A stretch of DNA of 64,000 nt, taken from the NCBI RefSeq assembly GCF_964355755.1, contig NC_092671.1, forward strand, positions 18,910,001 to 18,974,000. Direction: 5' to 3'. Under the pieces are notes generated by a model, which was not told the origin of the DNA, did no database searches, and saw only the letters and a list, made by a program, of their open reading frames with translations. A program made the translations under genes and the position numbers. This stretch comes from Antedon mediterranea. Taxonomy: Eukaryota; Animalia; Echinodermata. This document shows positions 21,170 through 34,760 of this stretch, piece after piece (the stretch's first letter is position 1; every line of letters begins with the position of its first letter).

Positions 21170-22250
21170 ATTGTAAAGTTTGGAGAGGTTTCTGGATTAA
21201 AATTAAATAAGAATAAAACAAATGCGTTTTGGCTTGGCAGTTTAAGAGACTGTAAGGACACATATGGTAATATTTCTTGAACATCCACACCAATTCGGAT
21301 ATTAGGTATCTATTTTGGACATGATAAGGAATATTGTTATCAAAAGAATTGGAAATAAAAAGTAGACGCATTAGAAAATACCCTAAAAACATGGAGAAAG
21401 GACACCTCACTTTTTTGGAAGAAATAATATTGTAAAAACATTAGCGCTCTCAAAAATTATATACAATTCCAGCACTTTACCAGAAAAAGTAATAAAAGAG
21501 GTGGACAAATTAATTTTGTAATTCATTTGGGAAACTAATAAAGAAAAAAAGAAAAAGAACAAGACCATATACATGGCTGCAGTGCTCAACCGACCAACCG
21601 ACCGACATAGTTAGCTGTAGAGTCAATGTGGTCTGAAAATGGTAGATTTCAGATCTCAGATAAAATCTGTCCAAGTTAAATGATACAGGAGACTGTATGA
21701 AAACGTATCAACATTTTCAATAGAAAGAAAAATGCCCAAAATCATTAACCTAAAATATATCAAAAGTTCCGGTTATTAATTTTATCTCAGTAGCTAATGC
21801 TTGTAATAATATTAAAGAAGAAAACAACTGTAACTGGATTAGATCATGGTTTGTAAAAATAAGTAATGTAATAAATAATAATAATATGTTTAAGCCTGCG
21901 ATCGAGATAAAAAGAGGGTTAAGATGTACACAAAATTGGATTATCGAATATTCTTGTATATTGAAAGCCATTCCACAAGAATGGAAATGTATTTTTAAAT
22001 CAAAATGTGACATTAATGGAAATGATATACTTATCACAAATAATAAGGTCTTGAATATGATTTCTACACAATTATATAGTCTCATAATAGATTCTAAATA
22101 TATTACACCAACGGCACAGGTTAAGTGGGAATCCATATTTGGTAAACTGCCATGGCAGAACATCTGGGTTAACAACGTTTCTGGTCTTAAAGAAAAATAA
22201 CATTCTTCTTGCATGTCAGATTTAAAATGTGTAAGTTTAAGTTTATTAGT
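21170..22250 (+). mobile_element. Tx1/L1-clade LINE ORF2 C-terminal remnant
   Basis: SGLKLNKNKT..FWLGS, IRILGIYFG, GRNNIVKTLALSKIIY, ILKAIPQEWK, with many stops. Confidence 0.75.
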
Positions 22251-23222
22251 AGATTATTAAATATAAATTGTGTTAAATGGTAATGTATGTATAAAGAAAC
22301 GAATATACAGTATGTAGAAAATGTGTATAAGTACTAACAGGTTTTGGAAATAGATTAAAAGATGATATGTATAAAAATCATAAAAATGATGGTAAATAAT
22401 GATATTGGATAGATAAATGATTACAATAACAAAATCATGTATGTAAACATATGATAACAAACATAAAATGGCAGAAAAACTATGTATAACGTATTATATT
22501 TATATGAAAAGTAAGTAAAGGTAGGATGAACCCACATTAGACCAAAAAATATATATATATAATTGGTCCCTTAATATTTTTATTCTTTATTAACTATCAG
22601 TATGTAGGCTTTTGTTCATCTAAATATTGCATGTAATACTAATGTATTGTTGTATGAAAGTATAACATATGCATAATATTTAATAATGAATCAAAAGCTT
22701 ACTATAAATACAAGTAAGACTACTGTACATGCTATTAAGTGGTAAGAGAGCCGATGGTGACTAGAAAAACCTAGAAAGGATTCAGTTGGTGTTACTGTAG
22801 AAACATTTTTAAAACAATTTTACTTTATGTACCTCTCGTTATTTACAGATCTTCTATTTTACTAAATCTTACTTATGGTATATCAATATGGGGTAATATA
22901 AAACTAATTTGTTCTTAAGTGCTATTTTTCAATAATGTATTACTTTTTGTCAGGGCGCCTACAAATGTGTTTTTTTTACTGAACACAATTATCTTATTCT
23001 GAATTTTTTTCTAATTTAACATTTACATGTACAAAATAGTTTGTTTTATTACAATAAAAGTTGAACTGTACTAATATTATTGGTTTGCAGCAACCTAAAT
23101 CTGTTACAGTAGTATGTATCCTACATTCAATTATTTTATTTCATATTAGCTAAACACACGTTATAGACACAACAGTATATTGAAGGTATCGTTGGCCATA
23201 TACAATTATTATATAATTTAAT

Positions 23223-23741
23223 TTAAAAGCACTTCTTTTGCACCACACTAGGGCCAAATTCCTCGTATTCCAGTTTACTAATCCACATCTGTTGGAAAGT
23301 TGACAAACATCCTAGCATAGATCCCCCTTTCCATGCCAAATAGTTGCGATCAGGGGGAGCTATTACTTTTACCGCGGTACCGGTCGGTACTAGTGCCGTC
23401 ATTTCTTTTTGCAGACGATCCGCAATTCCTGGATACATTGTAGAGCCACCCGACATTACACAATTTTGATAAAGTTCTTTACGAATGTCAACGTTACATT
23501 TCACTATACTGTCAACTATCATTTGATGAATTCCGCAATGTTGTCTTCTTACAAGCGATGGTTGGAAGAGGATTTCGGGACATCGAAATCGTTCGTTTCC
23601 GATTGTTATGTAGCCTCTGTTGTGCACTTCGTAACTTTTTTCAATGGAATTAGTTACTGCGGCTGTATTCATTTCTTCTTTAAAATCAAGAGCGACGTAA
23701 CAGAACTTTTCCTTCATATCTCGAACAATTTCTTTTTCCAG
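23223..23741 (-). CDS. Divergent actin, coding exon 4 (last)
   Basis: ttcttatAG|[20 protein letters not shown]...[14 protein letters not shown]...[17 protein letters not shown]...[24 protein letters not shown]. The four exons join in frame (46+82+80+172 = 380 aa). Confidence 0.93.
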   Translation of the reverse strand: MEKEIVRDMKEKFCYVALDFKEEMNTAAVTNSIEKSYEVHNRGYITIGNERFRCPEILFQPSLVRRQHCGIHQMIVDSIVKCNVDIRKELYQNCVMSGGSTMYPGIADRLQKEMTALVPTGTAVKVIAPPDRNYLAWKGGSMLGCLSTFQQMWISKLEYEEFGPSVVQKKCF

Positions 23742-23856
23742 CTATAAGAAAAGCACTACTTATATTAATTTTATTTAGTGTACAAACTGGTTGAATAACA
23801 TGTTGTCCAGACGAGAGACAGAATATTTGTCTGCCAACCTAAAAATATTAACTTAC

Positions 23857-24096
23857 CTTCCGTGAATATTCACGTTCATAAATAATCCTTGCTAAATGTT
23901 CAGTAATATGCCGTCCAGCTAAATCAACTCGTTCTATAGCGTATGGAAGTGTATATCCTTCGTAGATTGGAACAATATAGGAAACGTCCTCTCCTGAATC
24001 AAAAACTATGCCAGTACGTCTTCCTACAGCGTACAGAGACAGAACAGCTTGTGTGGTTATGTACATTGCAGGTACTTCGAATGTCTCAAACATAAT
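23857..24096 (-). CDS. Divergent actin, coding exon 3
   Basis: [44 protein letters not shown], 240 nt. ttctAG acceptor, AAG|GTAAGT donor. Confidence 0.92.
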
Positions 24097-24611
24097 CTAG
24101 AAATCCGAAATAATTCGGAAAATGACAGAAAGTACGTTGAGTGTGCTGTGTCTGTTGGTAATGTTACAAAGCACAGTCCTGTGAAGGTAATCCAAAATCT
24201 GCCTTGGTCAATATGGTTATGCCCCGGCTTAAGGAATATTAATTGTACTAACCAATGAAATGAAACTTCTATTTGTAAATTTTAAAAAAAAGTAGTAGTA
24301 CATAGTATACTGTACTGACAAGCATATTCAAGAATGGATCTTACATATGTAGTGTATACAGTCACTTACTGGTGCACATGATCTTTTTAAAATGCAAAAA
24401 AAAAAACAATCTACGAGATGCCCTTGAAGTAATGTAGTTTACATTAGAAGACCATTTGATATCATACTGGATAATAACACCTACAAGTTTAAATTCTAAC
24501 TACTGGTCAAGTAAAATTATCAATATAGATTGTAGGATATATCAACCTGTTGTTTTCTTAAATTAAATCGGATTATTTGGCATTTAGCCGGCTTGGGTTT
24601 AACAACATTTC

Positions 24612-27600
24612 TTACTTGAATCTTCGGGCTCATGATTAAGGCAAGTGCCTTTTAAACGCCCTCCATTTCTTCTGTATTTACTAGAATTGGTAGCAAAATT
24701 TATCTCCCATTGCTCTTTCTTTGTTTAGGTGGTCCTTGAATGCATTAATGTTTTCTGCTTGTACTGTAGTGTGGTATAGATTGTTCCATGTGTTGACAAT
24801 TCTACTTGAAAAGGAGTGGCTTCTGATTTTCAGTCGGGCTCTTGGCTTTCTTAATTTGAATTGATGGCCCCTTGTTCTACTGTCCTCTCTAAAATCAAAA
24901 AAGGTTTCGGCTTCAATATCATCCAAGCCCTTGATAATTGTAAACACTTGTATAATGTCCGCTCTCCTTCTTCTGTAATTCAGTGTAGGTAATCCAAGCT
25001 CTTTTAATCTCTGATCGTAAGATTTATCTCGTAACTTGTTGACAATTTTAGTGGCCCTACGCTGCACTCATTCAAGCTTATCCAAATAACCTTTTAGGAG
25101 AGGGTACCATATACAGCTTGCGTATTCCAGATGAGGTCGAATTATACTTGTATAAAGGGGCAGGAACATATCCTTATCCATGTAAGCAAAAGATTGCCTT
25201 ACCAGTCCAATTAGTCTATTTGCTTTATTTACAGCTTCATTCGTTTGTAGTGAAAATTTTAAAGACTGATCAAAAGTAACTCCAAGGTCCTTTTCAGTAT
25301 TGGCAGTTGGCAGATCCTCGTCACCTTCCTCTGTTGGCATAGTGAATTTCATTTGTGGATTTGAATTTCCATAATGAATTACTTTACATTTATTGATGTT
25401 GAATTTCAGCTGCCATCTTTTAGACCAATCAGATAATGCCTTGAGATCATTTTGAACTGTATCATTTCTGTTTTCATGCACAACATTAAACATCTTAGTG
25501 TCATCTGCAAACATCCATACTTTAGATTTAACTGCATCAGGTAGGTCGTTTATGTAAATTATAAATAACTAGATGGCACGCTCGCTTCGCTCGCGTACCA
25601 TCTAGGTCGTGCCCACAGATGGTTCTCGAATACACAGTATTTCCAGTGAGAAAAAAATGGAGATTTCAAATGTACGTACTGCAGGACTATAATACATTGT
25701 CGTTTACAGAAACGAATAAATATACACAATGATTTATGTAGTCAACCAAAATTAGCACCCTGGGAATTACTTCCGAGAGAGAAACAAAATGAGTCAAATT
25801 TTTTTATTTGGACTCATTTAAACAAACCCAATTTGTGTTTTGTATGTAACATTAGGCCTAAGGGTTGAGGGATGGGGGAAGAAGATAGGTACAAAGAGGA
25901 AACATTTTAAAATATATTCCTATCCACTCAGTAACGAAATATTGTTTTTAATGTTTTATAGGCCTATAAATAATATACCACTAAATACAGTAAAACATTT
26001 ACGATTTAATACTTTGTTAAAACTCTCACTGTCATAGTCGAATGAAATAGTAAAGTACATGTAACGATAGACCCTACGACGTTTATATATTTTTAAATTA
26101 TTAATTAATACAAACGTTGAGAAGCAACTGTCAGTAATAACGTTTATTTATTTGTATATTATATGTTTATAATCTAACAGTAGGGCCTACCCACACTCAC
26201 AGTAATACAGTTTATTTGTATATTTGTTTATATTATATCTAACAGTACCAACACTCACAGTAAGAAATTTGCGATTCAAATTGCGATCAAAAGTGGTTAA
26301 TACCTTAACAGTATTGTACAGCATTGCAATACTATTTATGTTTATTCTCCAAGGGGGCCCATAAATCTAAATCTATACCTGTATGGTTAAACCAAATAAT
26401 TTGGAATGTTCCATTCATCACAAATCAATACATTTGTAAAAACGTATATTACGTGTATCAAAATAGCATTTTTTAAAGAAAATCGGCCTGTCTTCAACAT
26501 TATGATGCTGTACTCGAACTCTTCAACCGGTTTTCAGCTATTAAAAACAATTATCGCAGGAGGAGATAGGAAAATGCGAAGTGTCCTCGTATTATTGTGT
26601 GCGGGTATTTTTCAAATTGACATCCATTAGACAGTGTATACCACGATCGGAAAACACCCCTATTTGGGGAAAATCGTTGAACCTAAATTCGTTTTATTTT
26701 ATTTTATTTTATTTTTATTTTATTCAATCAAAACCAACAGCGATAAATACCGCCACTAACAGGTTTGAAACATAAAACAATACAACATCAAAAACGGTTA
26801 ACAATAAAAAACAGATAAAATATATATATATACTTTAATCGTCAATAACTAATTATCGAACTCAATTTAATTAGTAAACAGGGTTACATCAGGTGGTTAA
26901 AATCAGTACCGAAAGTACGAACCAACTTTATATACCATCGAGTGAACATTCTAGAAATAACGCACGATTTACCGAATTTTGCCCTTACGTAAATTTATAT
27001 ATAGATAAAGGGCCTAACACGCTGCCTTGAGGGACTCCGCTTTTAACCGTAGACCATTCAGAAAATGCTGCGGCCACTCTAACTCTTTGTCTCCTCCCTG
27101 TCAAAAATTGATGTATCCATCTCAGTATTTTTTTTCTTTTATTCCATACGCTTCTAATTTTGTTATTAATCTCTGGTGGGGGATAGAATCGAACGCCTTA
27201 CTGAAATCCAAATATACCGCATCAAAGTTTTCCACTGCATCCAGCAATTTTGTCCATTCTTCCATCACCTCCAGCAATTGTGTGACGCAAGATCTACCTT
27301 TCCGAAACCCATGCTGTGCTTTTATAATAAGGTTTCTATCATTTAGAAACGATATAATCTTGTCTCTCACAATTGATTCCAAAAGTTTGCATACGACAGA
27401 TGTCAAACTTACTGGCCTGTAGTTTCCAACCTCCGTCTTGTCCCCTTTCTTAAATATTGGTACTACATTGGCACATTTCCAGCACTCCGGTAACTGTCCA
27501 GTCGATAGTGATTTGTTGTATATTGACGTCAATGGAGTTGCAACAATCTCTTTAAGTTCCTTCAGTACTCTTGGATGCACATCATCTGGTCCAGCTGATT

Positions 27601-28531
27601 TATTTGAGTTCATCTGCTGAAGACATGTAAGCACTTCCTCCTTTGTCACTTCAATTGAATCCAAATGGTCATCCACGTCAACTCTTGGTGTAACTTTTGG
27701 CAATGACTCGAGGTCTTCATTTATGAATACACTTGTGAAAAATGCGTTGAAAATTTCAGCTTTATGCTGATTGTTATCAGCCATATTACCTTTTCCATCC
27801 TTCACCAATCCAATAGATTGAGTTGTTTTGGTTTTCTCTCTTACATTTTATTTCCAGAAACTTTTAGGATTGGTTTTTACTTCATTGCATATTTTCCGCT
27901 CAAATGCAATCTTTGCTGCCCTTTTTTCACCCGTTACTATATTTCTTGCCTTTTTGTAACAGTCATAATCTTTCTGTTGTCGAGACCTTGTAAACTTTTT
28001 CCATGCATTGTGTTTCATTTTAATTTTCCTCTGAACGTCACCAGTCATCCAGATAGGTTTATTTTCTTTTTTTATGTTTGACTTGGGAATACAGATCTGA
28101 ACACCATTTCTTATTGATTGATTTAAAGCTTCACAGGCCTCTTCAACATTTGTATTTTCAAATTGGTAGTCCACCTCAGTAATAAATTTTTTCATATTAA
28201 TATAGTCACCCTTGTTGAAATTTAGCTTGTATTCCATTTCCTCTTGTATTTTAGATACACAGTCGTGTGAAAACAAGATTGTTACATGGTCGCTTTTTCC
28301 TAATGGTGGACCTATCTAAATATCACTTATTTTGGTTTCATCCATGGTGATTACTAAGTCGAGTATGTTAGGTGTTTGACCATCTCGAAATCGTGTTGGT
28401 TGCTGTATACACTGGCATAGAAAATTATCTCTAAGGCATTCTATAAACCGATTACTGTTATGTGTTTCATTTTTATTTGTACTCCAAGAAATCCAATCAA
28501 TTTCAGGAAAATTGAAATCTCCTATCATGAT
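24612..28531 (-). mobile_element. Second copy of the same CR1 family, 5'-truncated and degenerate, in actin intron 2
   Basis: Near-identical to 8961-11439, with a single GATTCAAGTAA tail unit. Has a stop (25068-25070) and frameshifts, and is interrupted by a Helitron at 25569-27005. Confidence 0.93.
25569..27005 (-). mobile_element. Non-autonomous Helitron, copy 1
   Basis: On the minus strand: 5'-TCTATATATAAA ... GATGGTACGCGAGCGAAGCGAGCGTGCCATCTAG-3' (terminal hairpin plus CTAG). Inserted between A and T with no TSD. The empty site ataaataa|taaagggcc is visible in the intact CR1 at ~9911-9927. Confidence 0.92.
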
Positions 28532-29049
28532 TTGTTTCACACCATTCACTCAAATTATCAAATGAACTCTGCAAGTTAGACCTTGAGCCAGATTTGATAA
28601 TCTCACCCAATGTCAAATCGTCAACAACTTACAAACAACCCATGAGAACATTTTCAATTTAAGCATAAAACATGATAGGTTTTATGAAAATCATACACAA
28701 TTTACACCATGTTTTAACAGATGATACAAAATTATAAAATTCCGGCATTTATTTGTCTAAAAATTAAAAAAACACTAAGCTTATGTATAAATACTGTTTC
28801 AACTATCACTTTTCGTTTAAAAAAAATTGTGATTTTCAACCTGTTTTTGCCTGTGTATACAAAACTACCTATGCGACTTATGTCTGATTTCGATTGAGTA
28901 TGCCACGCAACGATGACATTTTAACTGGTAAAATACTTTTATTGCAACTTTTGGGTTGAATTATACAAAATATATACTTAAATAAATATATATTATCCAT
29001 CAACAATAAAAATCAAATTAAACAAAACATCGAAGAACAGACAAAACAG

Positions 29050-30480
29050 AAGTCAGGGAAAGATAAGACCGTGCAGGGATATTTATGCCTACCACTTGTG
29101 AAAGAGACCAAAGTTTACAATGAAATTTTTTGATCGTTCCGTTTTTACTTTTGTAATGCAAAATTCTTTAACTTGTTTTAAATTCTATCTAGATTTAGGC
29201 GCTTTTGGCAGAAGGTGATGTAGTCTATGGGAAGGGTTTTTAAGTTTCTGATAGTAATCCTTGCACAGTCTAGTTCGACGTTCACATAGCACAGACACAT
29301 TACATTGATCCATTGCTTTGTTGTAACTGAGCTCTGGGAACGTGATTCTAAGCGCCCTACGTTGGATACTTTCCAGTTGGTCAGACTGCAATTTAGTTAA
29401 GCACGTTCCCCGAACGGGGACGGCGTATTCTAGAACAGGCCTGACACAACAATAGAAGTAGCATAGCCATTCAGAAAGACTATCACCAATTTTAACACGT
29501 TGTTGTCAGTTATACAGGAAGGCATTAACCCATCGGATCAGGTGACCAACAACCCCCAGCGCAATGAGTTTGTTTAAGTGAATTTTGTGGACAATCAAAT
29601 CGTAGGCCTTTTTAAAATCCAATAATAAAACTCTAACCTCTTCGCCCGCCTCCTTTGCAAGGAAACAAACATTGAGAAATTCAATTAGGCGTCAACCGTA
29701 GACACACCTTTACCACAACCAAAATGTTTTAGGTTTATCTTATCCTTAACTTGGTACCAGATCATTTCGCCCACTAGGCTCTCAATTACCTTTGCCATGT
29801 GTTAAAGCTATAGGGCGGAGATCACTTTCGGCCAACTTTGGAGAAACACTTCTGGGATTGGGACAATATTGACTTGTTTCCATTCTTGGGGAACCCATCC
29901 GTTTCTAACACTTGAGTTAGCAATAGCACATAAAGGACCACTAAGAATCTCAGCACCCTCTTTAAACACCAAGGGGGAAAGGCCAGGGGTTTTATTAAAT
30001 TAAATTTGATTAAGTTTAATCCTGACGGTTTCCAGCTCTATGATAAGATGACTAGGGCTTATCAATATCTAATAGTGGATCTAGAGGAGGGAGAGGGTTA
30101 AATTCCGAGGTGAATGAGGTAAAAAATTGATTAATTTTATTGGAAAGCGAGGTATTGTCGCCGTTACACACCAAATTTGACATTCCTACAAGAGAAGGAT
30201 TATCTTTGCATCCTAGATTGAAAAACCTCTTGGTGTGCTTCCACCAGGATCGGGAATACAAGAGCTTAGCTACATTTTTTGGGTAAAAAGATTTACGAAG
30301 GGATTTTGACATCCGGCTAACTTTGTTTCTCGGTGAGCGGAACTCAGTAAGATTTCCTTCCTTAAAAGCAATTTGACGTTTACGAATAAGATTCTTATAT
30401 TTGGAAGTAACCCAGGGTTTATCCATCACATACTGTGTTAAGGGAACAAAGGGAAAATGATGGTTATATAAAGATTGTAA
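29050..30480 (-). mobile_element. L2-clade LINE ORF2 remnant
   Basis: DKPWVT, DFKKAYDL, RPVLEYAVP, LESIQRRALRI, HRLHHLLP, with many lesions. Confidence 0.8.
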
Positions 30481-30976
30481 CTTATCATTAAAAAACTGAC
30501 ATGTGGTAGTGCTTTCTTTGTGTTCAATTGATTACCGGTAGTTTTGTTCTGCTTCAATTCCATACAAAAGCTGTATGAATCATGAGTGTCAGTTTAATTT
30601 GAGAAAATAGTCAACCTTGTGAATTGTTTCCATTAATATGCTAACATAGAACAAAACCTTGTATGTTATATTAGGCCTACTATATAGAATATGGTTCAAT
30701 AGGAACGTTATTTCTTTTAATCATTACAATAAAAAGGCATACTCTACAATTTAGTTCTTTCAACAACTGCAATAAATTTGTAGGCCTATTGTTTTTTTTT
30801 TTCATTGTTGTGATTAATAAGTTTCTTATTATGGTTCAATATAATGTACTGGAGTTCTAATAAGCAATTTAATATATTTTTGTTTTGGGTATAAAAGCAA
30901 AATTAAAAATAATAGTTCAATTTTAGAAATTTACTCGATACGACTTATTCAATTAAAACACTATTAGCCTACATAC

Positions 30977-31222
30977 CTGTGTCATTTTCTGTCGGTTCGC
31001 TGTAGGGTTAAGTGGCACTTCTGTCAGTAGTATCGGATGTTTATTAGGCTCAACCCGAAGTTCATTTTGAAAACAATGGTGCCATATTTTTTCCATGTCG
31101 TCCCAATTCGTTACAATACCATGTTCTATTGGACATTGCAGAGTAAGCCTACTTCGATTTGATTGTGCTTCGTTGCCAATATATAATATGTCTTCATTTC
31201 GTGCCATCCGTGCCATTTGTGA
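30977..31222 (-). CDS. Divergent actin, coding exon 2
   Basis: [20 protein letters not shown]...[19 protein letters not shown]...[16 protein letters not shown], 246 nt. AAG acceptor after a T-tract; CAG|GTATGT donor at site 121/122. Confidence 0.9.
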
Positions 31223-31372
31223 CTTACCAAAATGAAAAAAAAAAAACATAAACAATCAGAAAAAGCAATTGTTCAATGTTGTAAACATGTTAAAAGACAC
31301 TATTATGGTATAATCTAATCAGAAAATTACATAAACAAATGTTCTTTATCTTATAAGACTTATTTGCGATAC

Positions 31373-31510
31373 CTCTTTGCTTTGTCTTCCAGTTAAAGTT
31401 GGGAACACGACCTTTGGGGCATCATCGCCTGCAAACCCCGCTTTGCACATGTCTGAACCAATGTCGATAACAAGTGGTTTTAGCTCTTCGTGGTAATCAT
31501 TGGTGATCAT
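31373..31510 (-). CDS. Divergent actin, coding exon 1
   Basis: ATG at 31510. Reads [46 protein letters not shown], 138 nt, GAG|GTATCG donor at conserved actin intron site 41/42. A 5'UTR acceptor ttttttcAG lies at 31539-31540. Missed by the ORF track. Confidence 0.9.
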
Positions 31511-34500
31511 TTTTATTATTATAACGTATCTGAACTTTCTGAAAAAAGTTTGTAAAAATAATTTTTAAATAAAATAAATACAAATACAAATATTATATGC
31601 CTAGAAGTCAATATAATTCAATTTCACTATCAACATGTGTAATAAGGAATGTAAGTTTCTTTCGTATTTTTTCGTCCATTACAAGTATGTATAGTACTGT
31701 GCAACTCAAATGTTTCAAATAATAATAAAGGTAAACTACATTACTGAATAATAACAATATAGCCTAGCGAGGCATGTGTGTCTCATGTGCATGGTACACG
31801 CACATTATAAACACAAGTGTGTGCACATTGTATGTGAGCGTGATATGCATAATGCTAATAAATAATGTACAATTCCAAATAAAAGAGTGATCTACTAATT
31901 GATTGGTATGGGTGTTGTTGTAATAGCTGGTCTTTGCACGTACCTGAAGTCATAATGTCCACCTCCGGCACAACCCAAGCTTATCGTAAGTCTTAAGTAC
32001 GTTGTGTGGGGTTGGCAGGGCGGATTTAGTGGGTGGGGGTGTCATTCAACAAAGTTCGCTTCGCCACAGGTCATGTCGACGGCCGTGGCACTTTTTTCCG
32101 CCATGTTCAAACGCTGACTTGCGTGAAGCGCCCTGTTGTGACGCTTTTATTTAAAATAGGCCTATGGGGGGAAATTTCACATTTTAATAGGCTACTGCCT
32201 CAGTTTTCATATTTAAAACATCCATTGTTAATACATTTATAATAACGTGAGAGTGCAATTTCCGACCATCTTGGGGTGCCATATTTTCAACATCGCCTCA
32301 ACTCTCTCTCTATAGTTTTTTTTTTTTCTCTTTTGTGGCGCAAACACCACTTTTATTCACATTCATATTATCTCATATTACATAAAATCGTATTATTTAA
32401 CTTGTAAATGTCGTTACAGTTCATAAGTAACATTTTTACATATATGAATTCTGTATTACTCCTTTTTTCATTAATTTTCGTATATTTTGTTATACACTTG
32501 ACAGGATCATCATTGTCATCTATCCCGTTTTAAAATAGTTCACACATTTTCATTTGTTTGTTTTCATTTTACAACCCGGATTATACAATATATTTATATA
32601 CATGATAAAAAAAACAATAATAACTCAGTACCACCAGTAACCCGTATCACTGTAATTCTTTTTCGGTTAATCGTATCAAATTAGAAATTATATTATCATA
32701 ATCTTATTTCTTAAAGCTACCCATTTTTCTATACTTGTTTCTTTATTGTTATATGTTTCACATTCAATGTTATATAACATATTGCTTTTAAATGAATTCC
32801 ATAAAGATTTACCCACTGGCTTATTTAGTGCAGATAACATTTTTATTCTATAAATAGTAAATGCTGCAAAGGTGTAAATATAATCTATTAGCTCTCTATA
32901 GTTGTTAATTTTTTTACCATGCCCCATTGAAAGCCTAGTAAACATTTGTTTTATATACCGGACCACGCAATTCGGCAGTAGGCTAGGCCGAACCAAACGA
33001 ATAACATGGACTTGGTTGGTGTAGGCCTAGCTAGAAGACTGCATTTGATAATTCGTCGCTTCGAGATATACAATAGATATTCCCAATTTGTTGGTTTCTT
33101 CATATTTTAACTGGTACCGGTACTCCATAAAAAGTGGACATAAATCGAATGAAAAATATATTACTCTTACTTTGTGTTTAGGCGTAGGCTCAGGCTAGTT
33201 GCTCGTTCAGGTTTTAATATTATTAGGTTCGTTATTAGCTCTCTAAATCCCCTCCATAATACTCCTCAACAAAGGATAAACTAAAAGTGAACACCACAGT
33301 AAGAACACTTGCTAATCCCATCGGGGCAAAGTTCGCCGCCTCGTATGAGTAGGTTCAACGTCTTAAATCGGTTAAATAAAAACGCTACAGCGATCTGCTA
33401 ATGCTATTATTTAGTGATATTCATTTTGATTCTTTGCAACTTTAAACAGTACAGTAATGACAAATAATCTACCTAAATTGTGTTCGGGTATTTCCAATGA
33501 TAGATATTATAGCTACTAACAATTCTGTTATGTCCGGAAGTTTGACAATAAAAAGGATATGAAGGTATTAGGCCTACTTAGTATTTCTCTAATTATGTGT
33601 AACTACTGAAATCAGCCCAAGGCTATCAATAGTCTTGATCAGCCATACAACATATCATGCATAATACCATGGTTAGCAAAACCATGACAAAAAAGGAACC
33701 ATTCTGAAAAAATAAAATGCAATTGTAGCAAATCCACAGAAGACAAAGTATTGTATGGATAGTCAAGTGAAATGTACGTTTAATACCCAACTATTCAATT
33801 CAAATATTCTTGTTAAAGTGAATTACCTGATCAAAAAGGATTTATAATAAATATAATTATAAAAGTTTAAGTCAATGATCACGCATGTTGTGTCTGTGTA
33901 ATGTGCCATTTAAATAATATTTGATTAAAATGTAAAATACATTTGGGCTGTGAAAACCCTGGATGGAGACTTGTATCGACTTCTCATAACAAAATATACA
34001 TTATCCAATGAAAAAAGTAGATGAATAAACATTTCTAAATATTATTGCCTCTTTTGAAAATCAGCTCACCGTTAAGATTTTCAATACATGCGAGTTTATA
34101 TCTTTCCCGAGGTGTTCATTTAATCCTAGTGATTAGATGTCGGAAGGTGTAGCGGATATAACCGGGATGTTACATTTGATTTTGGTATACCACCATCCAT
34201 GGAGGAAATAAATCATGTTGTTCTCAACAGGAATCCAGGACAAAAAAAACCTGGATGGAATATGTATTAAATGAATAAATAAACGTACTGAATATATAAT
34301 GTAAACCTAATGTAATAACAATAAAGTCAATTATTGATGTTACATCCGTACCAAGTTGCACATGCATTGTGAGGTACCATTAAGGATGGGGTAAATATGT
34401 TGTTAGGACAAGACAGATTAAACAAGTAATTCACCTTTTGGTAATGTTTCAGTATTGACAGTTGGAGATTTCTCTTAATTACCCCCTGTAAAAGGCAGTA

Positions 34501-34557
34501 TATTATATAAAGAGTCGCTTCAAAATGTATTATGGATAGATAATTTCTCTGTTACAA

Positions 34558-34760
34558 CCGCTAAAGTAGAAAACGCCAGCTAATGTCGAAACAATCCACC
34601 GCTAATGTAGTAAAACCTCCAGCTAATGTAGAAACACCAACAGCTTATGTAGTAAATACAAATTAACACCAGCTAATGTAGAAACGGTCAACAGCTTATG
34701 TAGTAACGAAAATTGCCTCCCAGCTTATGTAGTTACTATCGCTAGCTAATGTAGAAAATG
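34558..34760. repeat. Degenerate tandem repeat with core (ca)gctaatgtag
   Basis: About 9 copies of gct(a/t)atgtag with variable spacers. Confidence 0.75.
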
